Source: Eledone cirrhosa
Lineage: Eukaryota
Length of the DNA stretch: 64,000 nucleotides
Reading direction: 5' to 3'
Assembly: GCA_964016885.1 (NCBI GenBank)
Contig: OZ024742.1
Coordinates: 163,866,001 to 163,930,000, forward strand
Both the position numbers and the translations under genes were made by a program. This document shows, piece after piece, positions 1-14,300 of this stretch; positions within the stretch are counted from its first letter, which is position 1, and every line of letters starts with the position of its first letter. Under the pieces are notes generated by a model. That model was given only the letters and a program-made list of their open reading frames with translations. It did no database searches and had not been told where the DNA came from.

Positions 1-3000
1 TTATCTCCCCTTGGAGGCTGGAATTTATCTCCCATTGGACGGCTAGAAAATACCTCTCCTTGGACGGCTGGAAAATATGTCTCCTTGGACGGCTGGAAAT
101 TATCTCCCCTTGGACGGCTGGAAATTATCTCCCCTTGGACGGCTGGAAATTATCTCTCCTTGGACGGCTAGAAATTACCTCTCCTTGGACGGCTGAAAAT
201 TATCTCCCCTTGGACGGCTGGAAATTATCTCCCCTTGATTTTTGTTACAAATTATCTCCCCCTGATTTTTTTTTACAAATTATCTCCCCCTGATTTTTTT
301 TTACAAATTATCTCCCCCTGATATTTTTTACAAATTATCTCCCCCTGATTTTTTTACAAATTATCTCCCCTTGGCTGGCTGGAAATTATCTCCCCTTGGA
401 GGCTGGAATTTATCTCCCCTTGGACGGCTAGAAATTACCTCTCCTTGGACGGCTAGAAAATATGTCTCCTTGGACGGCTGGAAATTATCTCCCCTTGGAC
501 GGCTGGAAATTATCTCCTCTTGGACGGCTGGAAATTATCTCCCCTTGGGCGGCTAGATATTACCTCCCCTTGGACTACTGGAAATTATCTCCCCTTGATT
601 TTTTTTACAAATTATCTCCCCCTGATTTTTTTTTACAAATTATCTCCCCCTGATTTTTTTTTACGAATTATCTCCGCCTAATTTTTTTTAAAAATGATCT
701 CCCCTTGGACGGCTGGAAATTATCTGCCCTTGGACGGCTGGAAATTATCTCCCCTTGGACGGCTAGAAATTACCTCTCCTTGGACGGCTGAAAATTATCT
801 CCCCTTGGACGGCTGGAAATTATCTCCTCTTGGACGGCTGGAAATTATCTCCCCTTGGGCGGCTAGATATTACCTCCCCTTGGACTACTGGAAATTATCT
901 CCCCTTGATTTTTTTTAAAAATTATCTCCCCCTGATTTTTTTTTACAAATTATCTCCCCCTGATTCTTTTTTACAAATTATATCCCCCTGATTTTTTTTT
1001 ACAAATTATCTCCCCCTGATTTTTTTTTACAAATTATCACCCCCTGATTTTTATTTACAAATTATCTTCCCCTGATTTTTTTTTACAAATTATCTCCCTG
1101 AATTTTTACCAATTATCTCCCCATGATTTTTTTAAAAATTATCTTCCCTTGGCTGGCGGGAAATTATCTCCCCTTGGACGGCTGGAAATTATCTACCCTT
1201 GCACGGCTGGAAATTATCTCCCCTTGGACGGCTAGAAATTACCTCTCCTTGGACGGCTGAAAATTATCTCCCCTTGGACGGCTGGAAATTATCTCCCCTT
1301 GGCTGGAAATTATCTCCCTTTGGACGGCTAGAAATTATCTCTCTTTGGACGGCTGGAAATTATCTCCCCTTGATTTTTATTACAAATTATCTCCCCCTGA
1401 TTTTTTAAAAAAAAATTATCTCCCCTTCGCTGGCTGGAAATTATCTTCCCTTGGACGGCTGGAAATTATCTCCCCTTGATTTTTTTACAAATTATCTCCC
1501 CCTGATTTTTTTTACAAATATTCTCCCCCTGATTTTTTTTTACAAATTATCTCCCTCTGATTTTTTTTTACAAATTATCTCCGCCTGATTTTTTTAAAAA
1601 AATTATCTCCCCTTGGACGGCTGGAAATTATCTCCCCTTGGACGGCTGGAAATTATCTCCCCTTGGACGGCTGGAAATTATCTCCCCTTGGACGGCTAGA
1701 AATTACCTCTCCTTGGACGGCTGAAAATTATCTCCCCTTGGACGGCTGCAAATTATCTCCCCTTGATTTTTTTTACAAATTATCTCCCCCTGATTTTTTT
1801 TTACAAATTATCTCCCCCTGATTTTTTTTTACAAATTATCTACCCCTGATTTTTTTTACAAATTATCTCCCCCTGATTTTTTTTTACAAATTATCTCCCC
1901 CTGATTTTTTTTTACAAATTATCTCCCCCTGATTTTTTTTCTACAAATTATCTCCCCCTGATTTTTTTACAAATTATCTCCCCCTGATTTTTTTTACAAT
2001 CTCCGCCTGATTATTTTAAAAATTATCTTCCCTTGGCTGGCGGGAAATTATCTCCCCTTGGACGGCTGGAAATTATCTCCCCTTGGAAGGATGGAAATTG
2101 TCTCCCCTTGGACGGCTGGAAATTATCTCCCCTTGCACGGCTGGAAATTATCTCCCCTTGGACAGCTGGAAATTATCTGCCCTTGATTTTGTTTTTACAA
2201 ATTATCTCCCCCTGATTTTTTTTACAAATTATCTCCACCTGATTTTTTAAAAAATTATCTCCCCTTGGACGGCTGGAAATTATCTCCCCTTGGCTGGAAA
2301 TTATCTCCCCTTGGACGGCTAGAAATTATCTCTCTTTGGACGGCTGGAAATTATCTCCCTATGATTTTTTTTTACAAACTATCTCCCTCTGATTTTTTTT
2401 ACAAATTTCCCCCTGATTTTTAAAAAAAAATTATCTCCCCTTCGCTGGCTGGAAATTATCTCCCCTTGGACACTGGAAATTATAGCCCCTTGGAGGGCTG
2501 GAAATTATCTTCCCTTGGACGGCCGGAAATTATCTCCGCTTGATTTTTTTTACAAATTATCTCCCCCTGATTTTTTTTTACAAATTATCTCCCCCTGATT
2601 TTTTTATACAAATTATCTCCGCCTGATTTTTTTTTAAAATTATCTCTCCTTGGACGGCTGGAAATTATCTCCCCTTGATTTTTTTTACAAATTATCTCCC
2701 CCTGATTTTTTTTTACAAATTATCTCCTGATTTTTTTTTACAAATTATCTACCCCTGATTTTTTTTTACAAATTATCTCCCCCTGATTTTTTTTACAAAT
2801 TATCTCCCCCTGATTTTTTTTACAAATTATCTCCGCCTAATTTTTTTAAATATTATCTTTCCTTGGCTGGCGGGAAATTATCTCCCCTTGGACGGCTGAA
2901 AATTATCTCCCCTTGGACGGCTGGAAATTATCTCCCCTTGATTTTTTTTACAAATTATCTCCCCCTGATTATTTTTTACAAATTATCTCTTCCTGATTTT

Positions 3001-6000
3001 TTTTACAAATTATCTCCCCCTGATCTTTTTACAAATTATCTCCCCTTGGCTGGCTGGAAATTATCTCCCCTTGGAGGCTGGAATTTATCTCCCATTGGAC
3101 GGCTAGAAAATACCTCTCCTTGGACGGCTGGAAAATATGTCTCCTTGGACGGCTGGAAATTATCTCCCCTTGGACGGCTGGAAATTATCTCCCCTTGGAC
3201 GGCTGGAAATTATCTCTCCTTGGACGGCTAGAAATTACCTCTCCTTGGACGGCTGAAAATTATCTCCCCTTGGACGGCTGGAAATTATCTCCCCTTGATT
3301 TTTGTTACAAATTATCTCCCCCTGATTTTCTTTTACAAATTATCTCCCCCTGATTTTTTTTTACAAATTATCTCCACCTGATATTTTTTACAAATTATCT
3401 CCCCCTGATTTTTTTACAAATTATCTCCCCTTGGCTGGCTGGAAATTATCTCCCCTTGGAGGCTGGAATTTATCTCCCCTTGGACGGCTAGAAATTACCT
3501 ATCCTTGGACGGCTAGAAAATATGTCTCCTTGGACGGCTGGAAATTATCTCCCCTTGGACGGCTGGAAATTATCTCCTCTTGGACGGCTGGAAATTATCT
3601 CCCCTTGGGCGGCTAGATATTACCTCCCCTTGGACTACTGGAAATTATCTCCCCTTGATTTTTTTTACAAATTATCTCCCCCTGATTTTTTTTTACAAAT
3701 TATCTCCCCCTGATTTTTTTTTACGAATTATCTCCGCCTAATTTTTTTTTAAAAATGATCTCCCCTTGGACGGCTGGAAATTATCTGCCCTTGGACGGCT
3801 GGAAATTATCTCCCCTTGGACGGCTAGAAATTACCTCTCCTTGGACGGCTGAAAATTATCTCCCCTTGGACGGCTGCAAATTATCTCCCCTTGATTTTTT
3901 TAACAAATTATCTCCCCCTGATTTTTTTTACAAATTATCTCCCCCTGATTTTTTTTACAAATTATCTACGCCTAATATTTTTTACAAATTATCTCCCCCT
4001 GATTTTTTTTTACAAATTATCTCCCCCTGATTTTTTTTTTACAAATTATCTCCCCCCTGATTTTTTTTACAACCTCCGGCTGATTTTTTTAAAAATTATC
4101 TTCCCTTGGCTGGCGGGAAATTATCTCCCCTTGGACGGCTGGAAATTATATCCCCTTGGAAGGATGGAAATTATCTCCCCTTGGACGGCTGGAAATTATC
4201 TCCCCTTGGACGGCTGGAAATTATCTCCCCTTGGACAGCTGGAAATTATCTGCCCTTGATTTTGTTTTTACAAATTATCTCCCCCTGATTTTTTTTACAA
4301 ATTATCTCCACCTGATTTTTTAAAAAATTATCTTCCCTTGGACGGCAGTAAATTATCTCTCCTTGGCTGGAAATTATCTCCCCTTGGACGGCTAGAAATT
4401 ATCTCTATTTGGACGGCTGGAAATTATCTCCCTTTGATTTTTTTTACAAATTATCTCCCTCTGATTTTTTTACAAATCTCCCCCTGATTTTTTTTTACAA
4501 ATTATCTCCCCCTGATTTTTTTTTTACAAATTATCTCCGCCTGATTTTTTTAAAAAATTATCTCCCCTTGGACGGCTGGAAATTATCTCCCCTTGGACGG
4601 CTGGAAATTATCTCCCCTTGGACGGCTAGAAATTACCTCTCCTTGGACGACTGAAAATTATCTCCCCTTGGACGGCTGCAAATTATCTCCCCTTGGACGG
4701 CTGGAATTTATCTCCCCTTGGACGGCTGGAAATTATCTCCCCTTGGAGGCTAGAAATTACCTCTCCTTGGACGGCTGAAAATTATCTCCCCTTGGACGGC
4801 TGGAAATTATCTCCCCTTGATTTTTTTACAAATTATCTCCCCCTGATTTTTTTTTACAAATTATCTCCCCCTGATTTTTTTTTACAAATTATCACCCCCT
4901 GATTTTTATTTACAAATTATCTTCCCCTGATTTTTTTTTACAAATTATCTCCCTGAATTTTTACCAATTATCTCCCCATGATTTTTTTACAAATTATCTC
5001 CCCTGATTTTTATACAAATTATCTCCGCCTGATTTTTTTAAAAATTATCTTACCTTGGCTGGCGGGAAATTATCTCCCCTTGGACGGCTGGAAATTATCT
5101 ACCCTTGCACGGCTGGAAATTATCTCCCCTTGGACGGCTAGAAATTACCTCTCCTTGGACGGCTGAAAATTATCTCCCCTTGGACGGCTGGAAATTATCT
5201 CCCCTTGGCTGGAAATTATCTCCCCTTGGAGGGCTAGAAATTATCTCTCTTTGGACAGCTGGAAATTATCTCCCCTTGATTTTTATTACAAATTATCTCC
5301 CCCTGATTTTTTAAAAAAAAATTATCTCCCCTTCGCTGGCTGGAAATTATCTTCCCTTGGACGGCTGGAAATTATCTCACCTTGATTTTTTTACAAATTA
5401 TCTCCCCCTGATTTTTTTTACAAATATTCTCCCCCTGATTTTTTTTTACAAATTATCTCCCTCTGATTTTTTTTTACAAATTATCTCCGCCTGATTTTTT
5501 TGAAAAAATTATCTCCCCTTGGACGGCTGGAAATTATCTCCCCTTGGACGGCTGGAAATTATCTCCCCTTGGACGGCTAGAAATTACCTCTCCTTGGACG
5601 GCTGAAAATTATCTCCCCTTGGACGGCTGCAAATTATCTCCCCTTGATTTTTTTTACAAATTATCTCCCCCTGATTTTTTTTTACAAATTATCTCCCCCT
5701 GATTTTTTTTACAAATTATCTCCCCCTGATTTTTTTTACAAATTATCTCCGCCTGATTTTTTTAAATATTATCTTCCCTTGGCTGGCGGGAAATTATCTC
5801 CCCTTGGACGGCTGAAAATTATCTCCCCTTGGACGGCTGGAAATTATCTCCCCTTGATTTTTTTTACAAATTATCTCCCCCTAATTTTTTTTTACAAATT
5901 ATCTCCCCCTGATTTTTTTTTACAAATTATCCCCCTGATTTTTTTTTACAAATTATCTCCCCCTGATTTTTTTTACAAATTATCTCCCCATGATTTTTTT

Positions 6001-9000
6001 ACAAATTATCTCCCCTTGGCTGGCTGGAAATTATCTCCCCTTGGAGGCTGGAATTAATCTCCCCTTGGACGGCTAGAAATTACCTCTCCTTGGACGGCTG
6101 GAAAATATGTCTCCTTGGACGGCTAGATATTATCTACCCTTGGACGGCTGGAAATTATCTCCCCTTGGACGGCTGGAAATTATCTCCCCTTGGACGGCTA
6201 GATATTACCTCCCCTTGGACGGCTGGAAATTATCTCCCCTTGAATTTTTTTACAAATTATCTCCCCCTGATTTTTTTTACAAATTATCTCCCCCTGATTT
6301 TTTTACAAATTATCTCCCCCTGATTTTTTTTACAAATTATCTCCGCCTAATTTTTTTAAATATTATCTTCCCTTGGCTGGCGGGAAATTATCTCCCCTTG
6401 GACGGCTGAAAATTATCTCCCCTTGGACGGCTGGAAATTATCTCCCCTTGATTTTTTTTACAAATTATCTCCCCCTGATTATTTTTTACAAATTATCTCT
6501 TCCTGATTTTTTTTACAAATTATCTCCCTCTGATTTTTTTTACAAATTATCTCCCCCTGATCTTTTTACAAATTATCTCCCCTTGGCTGGCTGGAAATTA
6601 TCTCCCCTTGGAGGCTGGAATTTATCTCCCATTGGACGGCTAGAAAATACCTCTCCTTGGACGGCTGGAAAATATGTCTCCTTGGACGGCTGGAAATTAT
6701 CTCCCCTTGGACGGCTGGAAATTATCTCTCCTTGGACGGCTAGAAATTACCTCTCCTTGGACGGCTGAAAATTATCTCCCCTTGGACGGCTGGAAATTAT
6801 CTCCCCTTGATTTTTGTTACAAATTATCTCCCCCTGATTTTTTTTTACAAATTATCTCCCCCTGATTTTTTTTTACAAATTATCTCCCCCTGATATTTTT
6901 TACAAATTATCTCCCCCTGATTTTTTTACAAATTATCTCCCCTTGGCTGGCTGGAAATTATCTCCCCTTGGAGGCTGGAATTTATCTCCCCTTGGACGGC
7001 TAGAAATTACCTCTCCTTGGACGGCTAGAAAATATGTCTCCTTGGACGGCTGGAAATTATCTCCCCTTGGACGGCTGGAAATTATCTCCTCTTGGACGGC
7101 TGGAAATTATCTCCCCTTGGGCGGCTAGATATTACCTCCCCTTGGACTACTGGAAATTATCTCCCCTTGATTTTTTTTACAAATTATCTCCCCCTGATTT
7201 TTTTTTACAAATTATCTCCCCCTGATTTTTTTTTACGAATTATCTCCGCCTAATTTTTTTTAAAAATGATCTCCCCTTGGACGGCTGGAAATTATCTGCC
7301 CTTGGACGGCTGGAAATTATCTCCCCTTGGACGGCTAGAAATTACCTCTCCTTGGACGGCTGAAAATTATCTCCCCTTGGACGGCTGCAAATTATCTCCC
7401 CTTGATTTTTTTAACAAATTATCTCCCCCTGATTTTTTTTACAAATTATCTCCCCCTGATTTTTTTTACAAATTATCTACGCCTAATTTTTTTTACAAAT
7501 TATCTCCCCCTGATTTTTTTTTACAAATTATCTCCCCCTGATTTTTTTTTTACAAATTATCTCCCCCCTGATTTTTTTTACAATCTCCGCCTGATTTTTT
7601 TAAAAATTATCTTCCCTTGGCTGGCGGGAAATTATCTCCCCTTGGACGGCTGGAAATTATATCCCCTTGGAAGGATGGAAATTATCTCCCCTTGGACGGC
7701 TGGAAATTATCTCCCCTTGGACGGCTGGAAATTATCTCCCCTTGGACAGCTGGAAATTATCTGCCCTTGATTTTGTTTTTACAAATTATCTCCCCCTGAT
7801 TTTTTTTACAAATTATCTCCACCTGATTTTTTAAAAAATTATCTCCCCTTGGACGGCAGTAAATTATCTCTCCTTGGCTGGAAATTATCTCCCCTTGGAC
7901 GGCTAGAAATTATCTCTATTTGGACGGCTGGAAATTATCTCCCTTTGATTTTTTTTACAAATTATCTCCCTCTGATTTTTTTACAAATCTCCCCCTGATT
8001 TTTTTTTACAAATTATCTCCCCCTGATTTTTTTTTTACAAATTATCTCCGCCTGATTTTTTTAAAAAATTATCTCCCCTTGGACGGCTGGAAATTATCTC
8101 CCCTTGGACGGCTGGAAATTATCTCCCCTTGGACGGCTAGAAATTACCTCTCCTTGGACGACTGAAAATTATCTCCCCTTGGACGGCTGCAAATTATCTC
8201 CCCTTGGACGGCTGGAATTTATCTCCCCTTGGACGGCTGGAAATTATCTCCCCTTGGAGGCTAGAAATTACCTCTCCTTGGACGGCTGAAAATTATCTCC
8301 CCTTGGACGGCTGGAAATTATCTCCCCTTGATTTTTTTACAAATTATCTCCCCCTGATTCTTTTTTACAAATTATATCCCCCTGATTTTTTTTTACAAAT
8401 TATCTCCCCCTGATTTTTTTTTACAAATTATCACCCCCTGATTTTTATTTACAAATTATCTTCCCCTGATTTTTTTTTACAAATTATCTCCCTGAATTTT
8501 TACCAATTATCTCCCCATGATTTTTTTACAAATTATCTCCCCTGATTTTTTTACAAATTATCTCCGCCTGATTTTTTTAAAAATTATCTTCCCTTGGCTG
8601 GCGGGAAATTATCTCCCCTTGGACGGCTGGAAATTATCTACCCTTGCACGGCTGGAAATTATCTCCCCTTGGACGGCTAGAAATTACCTCTCCTTGGACG
8701 GCTGAAAATTATCTCCCCTTGGACGGCTGGAAATTATCTCCCCTTGGCTGGAAATTATCTCCCCTTGGACGGCTAGAAATTATCTCTCTTTGGACGGCTG
8801 GAAATTATCTCCCCTTGATTTTTATTACAAATTATCTCCCCCTGATTTTTTAAAAAAAAATTATCTCCCCTTCGCTGGCTGGAAATTATCTTCCCTTGGA
8901 CGGCTGGAAATTATCTCCCCTTGATTTTTTTACAAATTATCTCCCCCTGATTTTTTTTACAAATATTCTCCCCCTGATTTTTTTTTACAAATTATCTCCC

Positions 9001-12000
9001 TCTGATTTTTTTTTACAAATTATCTCCGCCTGATTTTTTAAAAAAAATTATCTCCCCTTGGACGGCTGGAAATTATCTCCCCTTGGACGGCTGGAAATTA
9101 TCTCCCCTTGGACGGCTAGAAATTACCTCTCCTTGGACGGCTGAAAATTATCTCCCCTTGGACGGCTGCAAATTATCTCCCCTTGATTTTTTTTACAAAT
9201 TATCTCCCCCTGATTTTTTTTTACAAATTATCTCCCCCTGATTTTTTTTTACAAATTATCTACCCCTGATTTTTTTTACAAATTATCTCCCCCTGATTTT
9301 TTTTTACAAATTATCTCCCCCTGATTTTTTTTTACAAATTATCTCCCCCTGATTTTTTTTCTACAAATTATCTCCCCCTGATTTTTTTACAAATTATCTC
9401 CCCCTGATTTTTTTTACAATCTCCGCCTGATTATTTTAAAAATTATCTTCCCTTGGCTGGCGGGAAATTATCTCCCCTTGGACGGCTGGAAATTATCTCC
9501 CCTTGGAAGGATGGAAATTGTCTCCCCTTGGACGGCTGGAAATTATCTCCCCTTGCACGGCTGGAAATTATCTCCCCTTGGACAGCTGGAAATTATCTGC
9601 CCTTGATTTTGTTTTTACAAATTATCTCCCCCTGATTTTTTTTACAAATTATCTCCACCTGATTTTTTAAAAAATTATCTCCCCTTGGACGGCTGGAAAT
9701 TATCTCCCCTTGGCTGGAAATTATCTCCCCTTGGACGGCTAGAAATTATCTCTCTTTGGACGGCTGGAAATTATCTCCCTATGATTTTTTTTTACAAACT
9801 ATCTCCCTCTGATTTTTTTTACAAATTTCCCCCTGATTTTTAAAAAAAAATTATCTCCCCTTCGCTGGCTGGAAATTATCTCCCCTTGGACACTGGAAAT
9901 TATAGCCCCTTGGAGGGCTGGAAATTATCTTCCCTTGGACGGCCGGAAATTATCTCCCCTTGATTTTTTTTACAAATTATCTCCCCCTGATTTTTTTTTA
10001 CAAATTATCTCCCCCTGATTTTTTTATACAAATTATCTCCGCCTGATTTTTTTTTAAAATTATCTCTCCTTGGACGGCTGGAAATTATCTCCCCTTGATT
10101 TTTTTTACAAATTATCTCCCCCTGATTTTTTTTTACAAATTATCTCCTGATTTTTTTTTACAAATTATCTACCCCTGATTTTTTTTTACAAATTATCTCC
10201 CCCTGATTTTTTTTACAAATTATCTCCCCCTGATTTTTTTTACAAATTATCTCCGCCTAATTTTTTTAAATATTATCTTTCCTTGGCTGGCGGGAAATTA
10301 TCTCCCCTTGGACGGCTGAAAATTATCTCCCCTTGGACGGCTGGAAATTATCTCCCCTTGATTTTTTTTACAAATTATCTCCCCCTGATTATTTTTTACA
10401 AATTATCTCTTCCTGATTTTTTTTACAAATTATCTCCCCCTGATCTTTTTACAAATTATCTCCCCTTGGCTGGCTGGAAATTATCTCCCCTTGGAGGCTG
10501 GAATTTATCTCCCATTGGACGGCTAGAAAATACCTCTCCTTGGACGGCTGGAAAATATGTCTCCTTGGACGGCTGGAAATTATCTCCCCTTGGACGGCTG
10601 GAAATTATCTCCCCTTGGACGGCTGGAAATTATCTCTCCTTGGACGGCTAGAAATTACCTCTCCTTGGACGGCTGAAAATTATCTCCCCTTGGACGGCTG
10701 GAAATTATCTCACCTTGATTTTTGTTACAAATTATCTCCCCCTGATTTTTTTTTACAAATTATCTCCCCCTGATTTTTTTTTACAAATTATCTCCCCCTG
10801 ATATTTTTTACAAATTATCTCCCCCTGATTTTTTTACAAATTATCTCCCCTTGGCTGGCTGGAAATTATCTCCCCTTGGAGGCTGGAATTTATCTCCCCT
10901 TGGACGGCTAGAAATTACCTCTCCTTGGACGGCTAGAAAATATGTCTCCTTGGACGGCTGGAAATTATCTCCCCTTGGACGGCTGGAAATTATCTCCTCT
11001 TGGACGGCTGGAAATTATCTCCCCTTGGGCGGCTAGATATTACCTCCCCTTGGACTACTGGAAATTATCTCCCCTTGATTTTTTTTACAAATTATCTCCC
11101 CCTGATTTTTTTTTACAAATTATCTCCCCCTGATTTTTTTTTACGAATTATCTCCGCCTAATTTTTTTTTAAAAATGATCTCCCCTTGGACGGCTGGAAA
11201 TTATCTGCCCTTGGACGGCTGGAAATTATCTCCCCTTGGACGGCTAGAAATTACCTCTCCTTGGACGGCTGAAAATTATCTCCCCTTGGACGGCTGCAAA
11301 TTATCTCCCCTTGATTTTTTTAACAAATTATCTCCCCCTGATTTTTTTTACAAATTATCTCCCCCTGATTTTTTTTACAAATTATCTACGCCTAATTTTT
11401 TTTACAAATTATCTCCCCCTGATTTTTTTTTACAAATTATCTCCCCCTGATTTTTTTTTTACAAATTATCTCCCCCCTGATTTTTTTTACAATCTCCGCC
11501 TGATTTTTTTAAAAATTATCTTCCCTTGGCTGGCGGGAAATTATCTCCCCTTGGACGGCTGGAAATTATATCCCCTTGGAAGGATGGAAATTATCTCCCC
11601 TTGGACGGCTGGAAATTATCTCCCCTTGGACGGCTGGAAATTATCTCCCCTTGGACAGCTGGAAATTATCTGCCCTTGATTTTGTTTTTACAAATTATCT
11701 CCCCCTGATTTTTTTTACAAATTATCTCCACCTGATTTTTTAAAAAATTATCTCCCCTTGGACGGCAGTAAATTATCTCTCCTTGGCTGGAAATTATCTC
11801 CCCTTGGACGGCTAGAAATTATCTCTATTTGGACGGCTGGAAATTATCTCCCTTTGATTTTTTTTACAAATTATCTCCCTCTGATTTTTTTACAAATCTC
11901 CCCCTGATTTTTTTTTACAAATTATCTCCCCCTGATTTTTTTTTTACAAATTATCTCCGCCTGATTTTTTTTTAAAATTATCTCCCCTTGGACGGCTGGA

Positions 12001-14300
12001 AATTATCTCCCCTTGGACGGCTGGAAATTATCTCCCCTTGGACGGCTAGAAATTACCTCTCCTTGGACGACTGAAAATTATCTCCCCTTGGACGGCTGCA
12101 AATTATCTCCCCTTGGACGGCTGGAATTTATCTCCCCTTGGACGGCTGGAAATTATCTCCCCTTGGAGGCTAGAAATTACCTCTCCTTGGACGGCTGAAA
12201 ATTATCTCCCCTTGGACGGCTGGAAATTATCTCCCCTTGATTTTTTTACAAATTATCTCCCCCTGATTCTTTTTTACAAATTATATCCCCCTGATTTTTT
12301 TTTACAAATTATCTCCCCCTGATTTTTTTTTACAAATTATCACCCCCTGATTTTTATTTACAAATTATCTTCCCCTGATTTTTTTTTACAAATTATCTCC
12401 CTGAATTTTTACCAATTATCTCCCCATGATTTTTTTACAAATTATCTCCCCTGATTTTTTTACAAATTATCTCCGCCTGATTTTTTTAAAAATTATCTTC
12501 CCTTGGCTGGCGGGAAATTATCTCCCCTTGGACGGCTGGAAATTATCTACCCTTGCACGGCTGGAAATTATCTCCCCTTGGACGGCTAGAAATTACCTCT
12601 CCTTGGACGGCTGAAAATTATCTCCCCTTGGACGGCTGGAAATTATCTCCCCTTGGCTGGAAATTATCTCCCCTTGGACGGCTAGAAATTATCTCTCTTT
12701 GGACGGCTGGAAATTATCTCCCCTTGATTTTTATTACAAATTATCTCCCCCTGATTTTTTAAAAAAAAATTATCTCCCCTTCGCTGGCTGGAAATTATCT
12801 TCCCTTGGACGGCTGGAAATTATCTCCCCTTGATTTTTTTACAAATTATCTCCCCCTGATTTTTTTTACAAATATTCTCCCCCTGATTTTTTTTTACAAA
12901 TTATCTCCCTCTGATTTTTTTTTACAAATTATCTCCGCCTGATTTTTTTAAAAAAATTATCTCCCCTTGGACGGCTGGAAATTATCTCCCCTTGGACGGC
13001 TGGAAATTATCTCCCCTTGGACGGCTAGAAATTACCTCTCCTTGGACGGCTGAAAATTATCTCCCCTTGGACGGCTGCAAATTATCTCCCCTTGATTTTT
13101 TTTACAAATTATCTCCCCCTGATTTTTTTTTACAAATTATCTCCCCCTGATTTTTTTTTACAAATTATCTACCCCTGATTTTTTTTACAAATTATCTCCC
13201 CCTGATTTTTTTTTACAAATTATCTCCCCCTGATTTTTTTTTACAAATTATCTCCCCCTGATTTTTTTTCTACAAATTATCTCCCCCTGATTTTTTTACA
13301 AATTATCTCCCCCTGATTTTTTTTACAATCTCCGCCTGATTATTTTAAAAATTATCTTCCCTTGGCTGGCGGGAAATTATCTCCCCTTGGACGGCTGGAA
13401 ATTATCTCCCCTTGGAAGGATGGAAATTGTCTCCCCTTGGACGGCTGGAAATTATCTCCCCTTGCACGGCTGGAAATTATCTCCCCTTGGACAGCTGGAA
13501 ATTATCTGCCCTTGATTTTGTTTTTACAAATTATCTCCCCCTGATTTTTTTTACAAATTATCTCCACCTGATTTTTTAAAAAATTATCTCCCCTTGGACG
13601 GCTGGAAATTATCTCCCCTTGGCTGGAAATTATCTCCCCTTGGACGGCTAGAAATTATCTCTCTTTGGACGGCTGGAAATTATCTCCCTATGATTTTTTT
13701 TTACAAACTATCTCCCTCTGATTTTTTTTACAAATTTCCCCCTGATTTTTAAAAAAAAATTATCTCCCCTTCGCTGGCTGGAAATTATCTCCCCTTGGAC
13801 ACTGGAAATTATAGCCCCTTGGAGGGCTGGAAATTATCTTCCCTTGGACGGCCGGAAATTATCTCCCCTTGATTTTTTTTACAAATTATCTCCCCCTGAT
13901 TTTTTTTTACAAATTATCTCCCCCTGATTTTTTTATACAAATTATCTCCGCCTGATTTTTTTTTAAAATTATCTCTCCTTGGACGGCTGGAAATTATCTC
14001 CCCTTGATTTTTTTTACAAATTATCTCCCCCTGATTTTTTTTTACAAATTATCTCCTCCTGATTTTTTTTACAAATTATCTACCCCTGATTTTTTTTTAC
14101 AAATTATCTCCCCCTGATTTTTTTTACAAATTATCTCCCCCTGATTTTTTTTACAAATTATCTCCGCCTAATTTTTTTAAATATTATCTTTCCTTGGCTG
14201 GCGGGAAATTATCTCCCCTTGGACGGCTGAAAATTATCTCCCCTTGGACGGCTGGAAATTATCTCCCCTTGATTTTTTTACAAATTATCTCCCCCTGATT
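1..14300. repeat. Higher-order repeat domain with ~3.06, ~3.51 and ~3.91 kb units (7.42 kb super-period)
   Basis: Matching ORF starts: 371/3431/6943/10851 (offsets 3060, 3512, 3908); 7617/11526, 8644/12553, 9453/13362 (3909); 2033/9453, 2863/10283 (7420). Marker TTGGGCGG...GGACTACTGG at 545, 3605, 7117, 11025. Confidence 0.85.
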
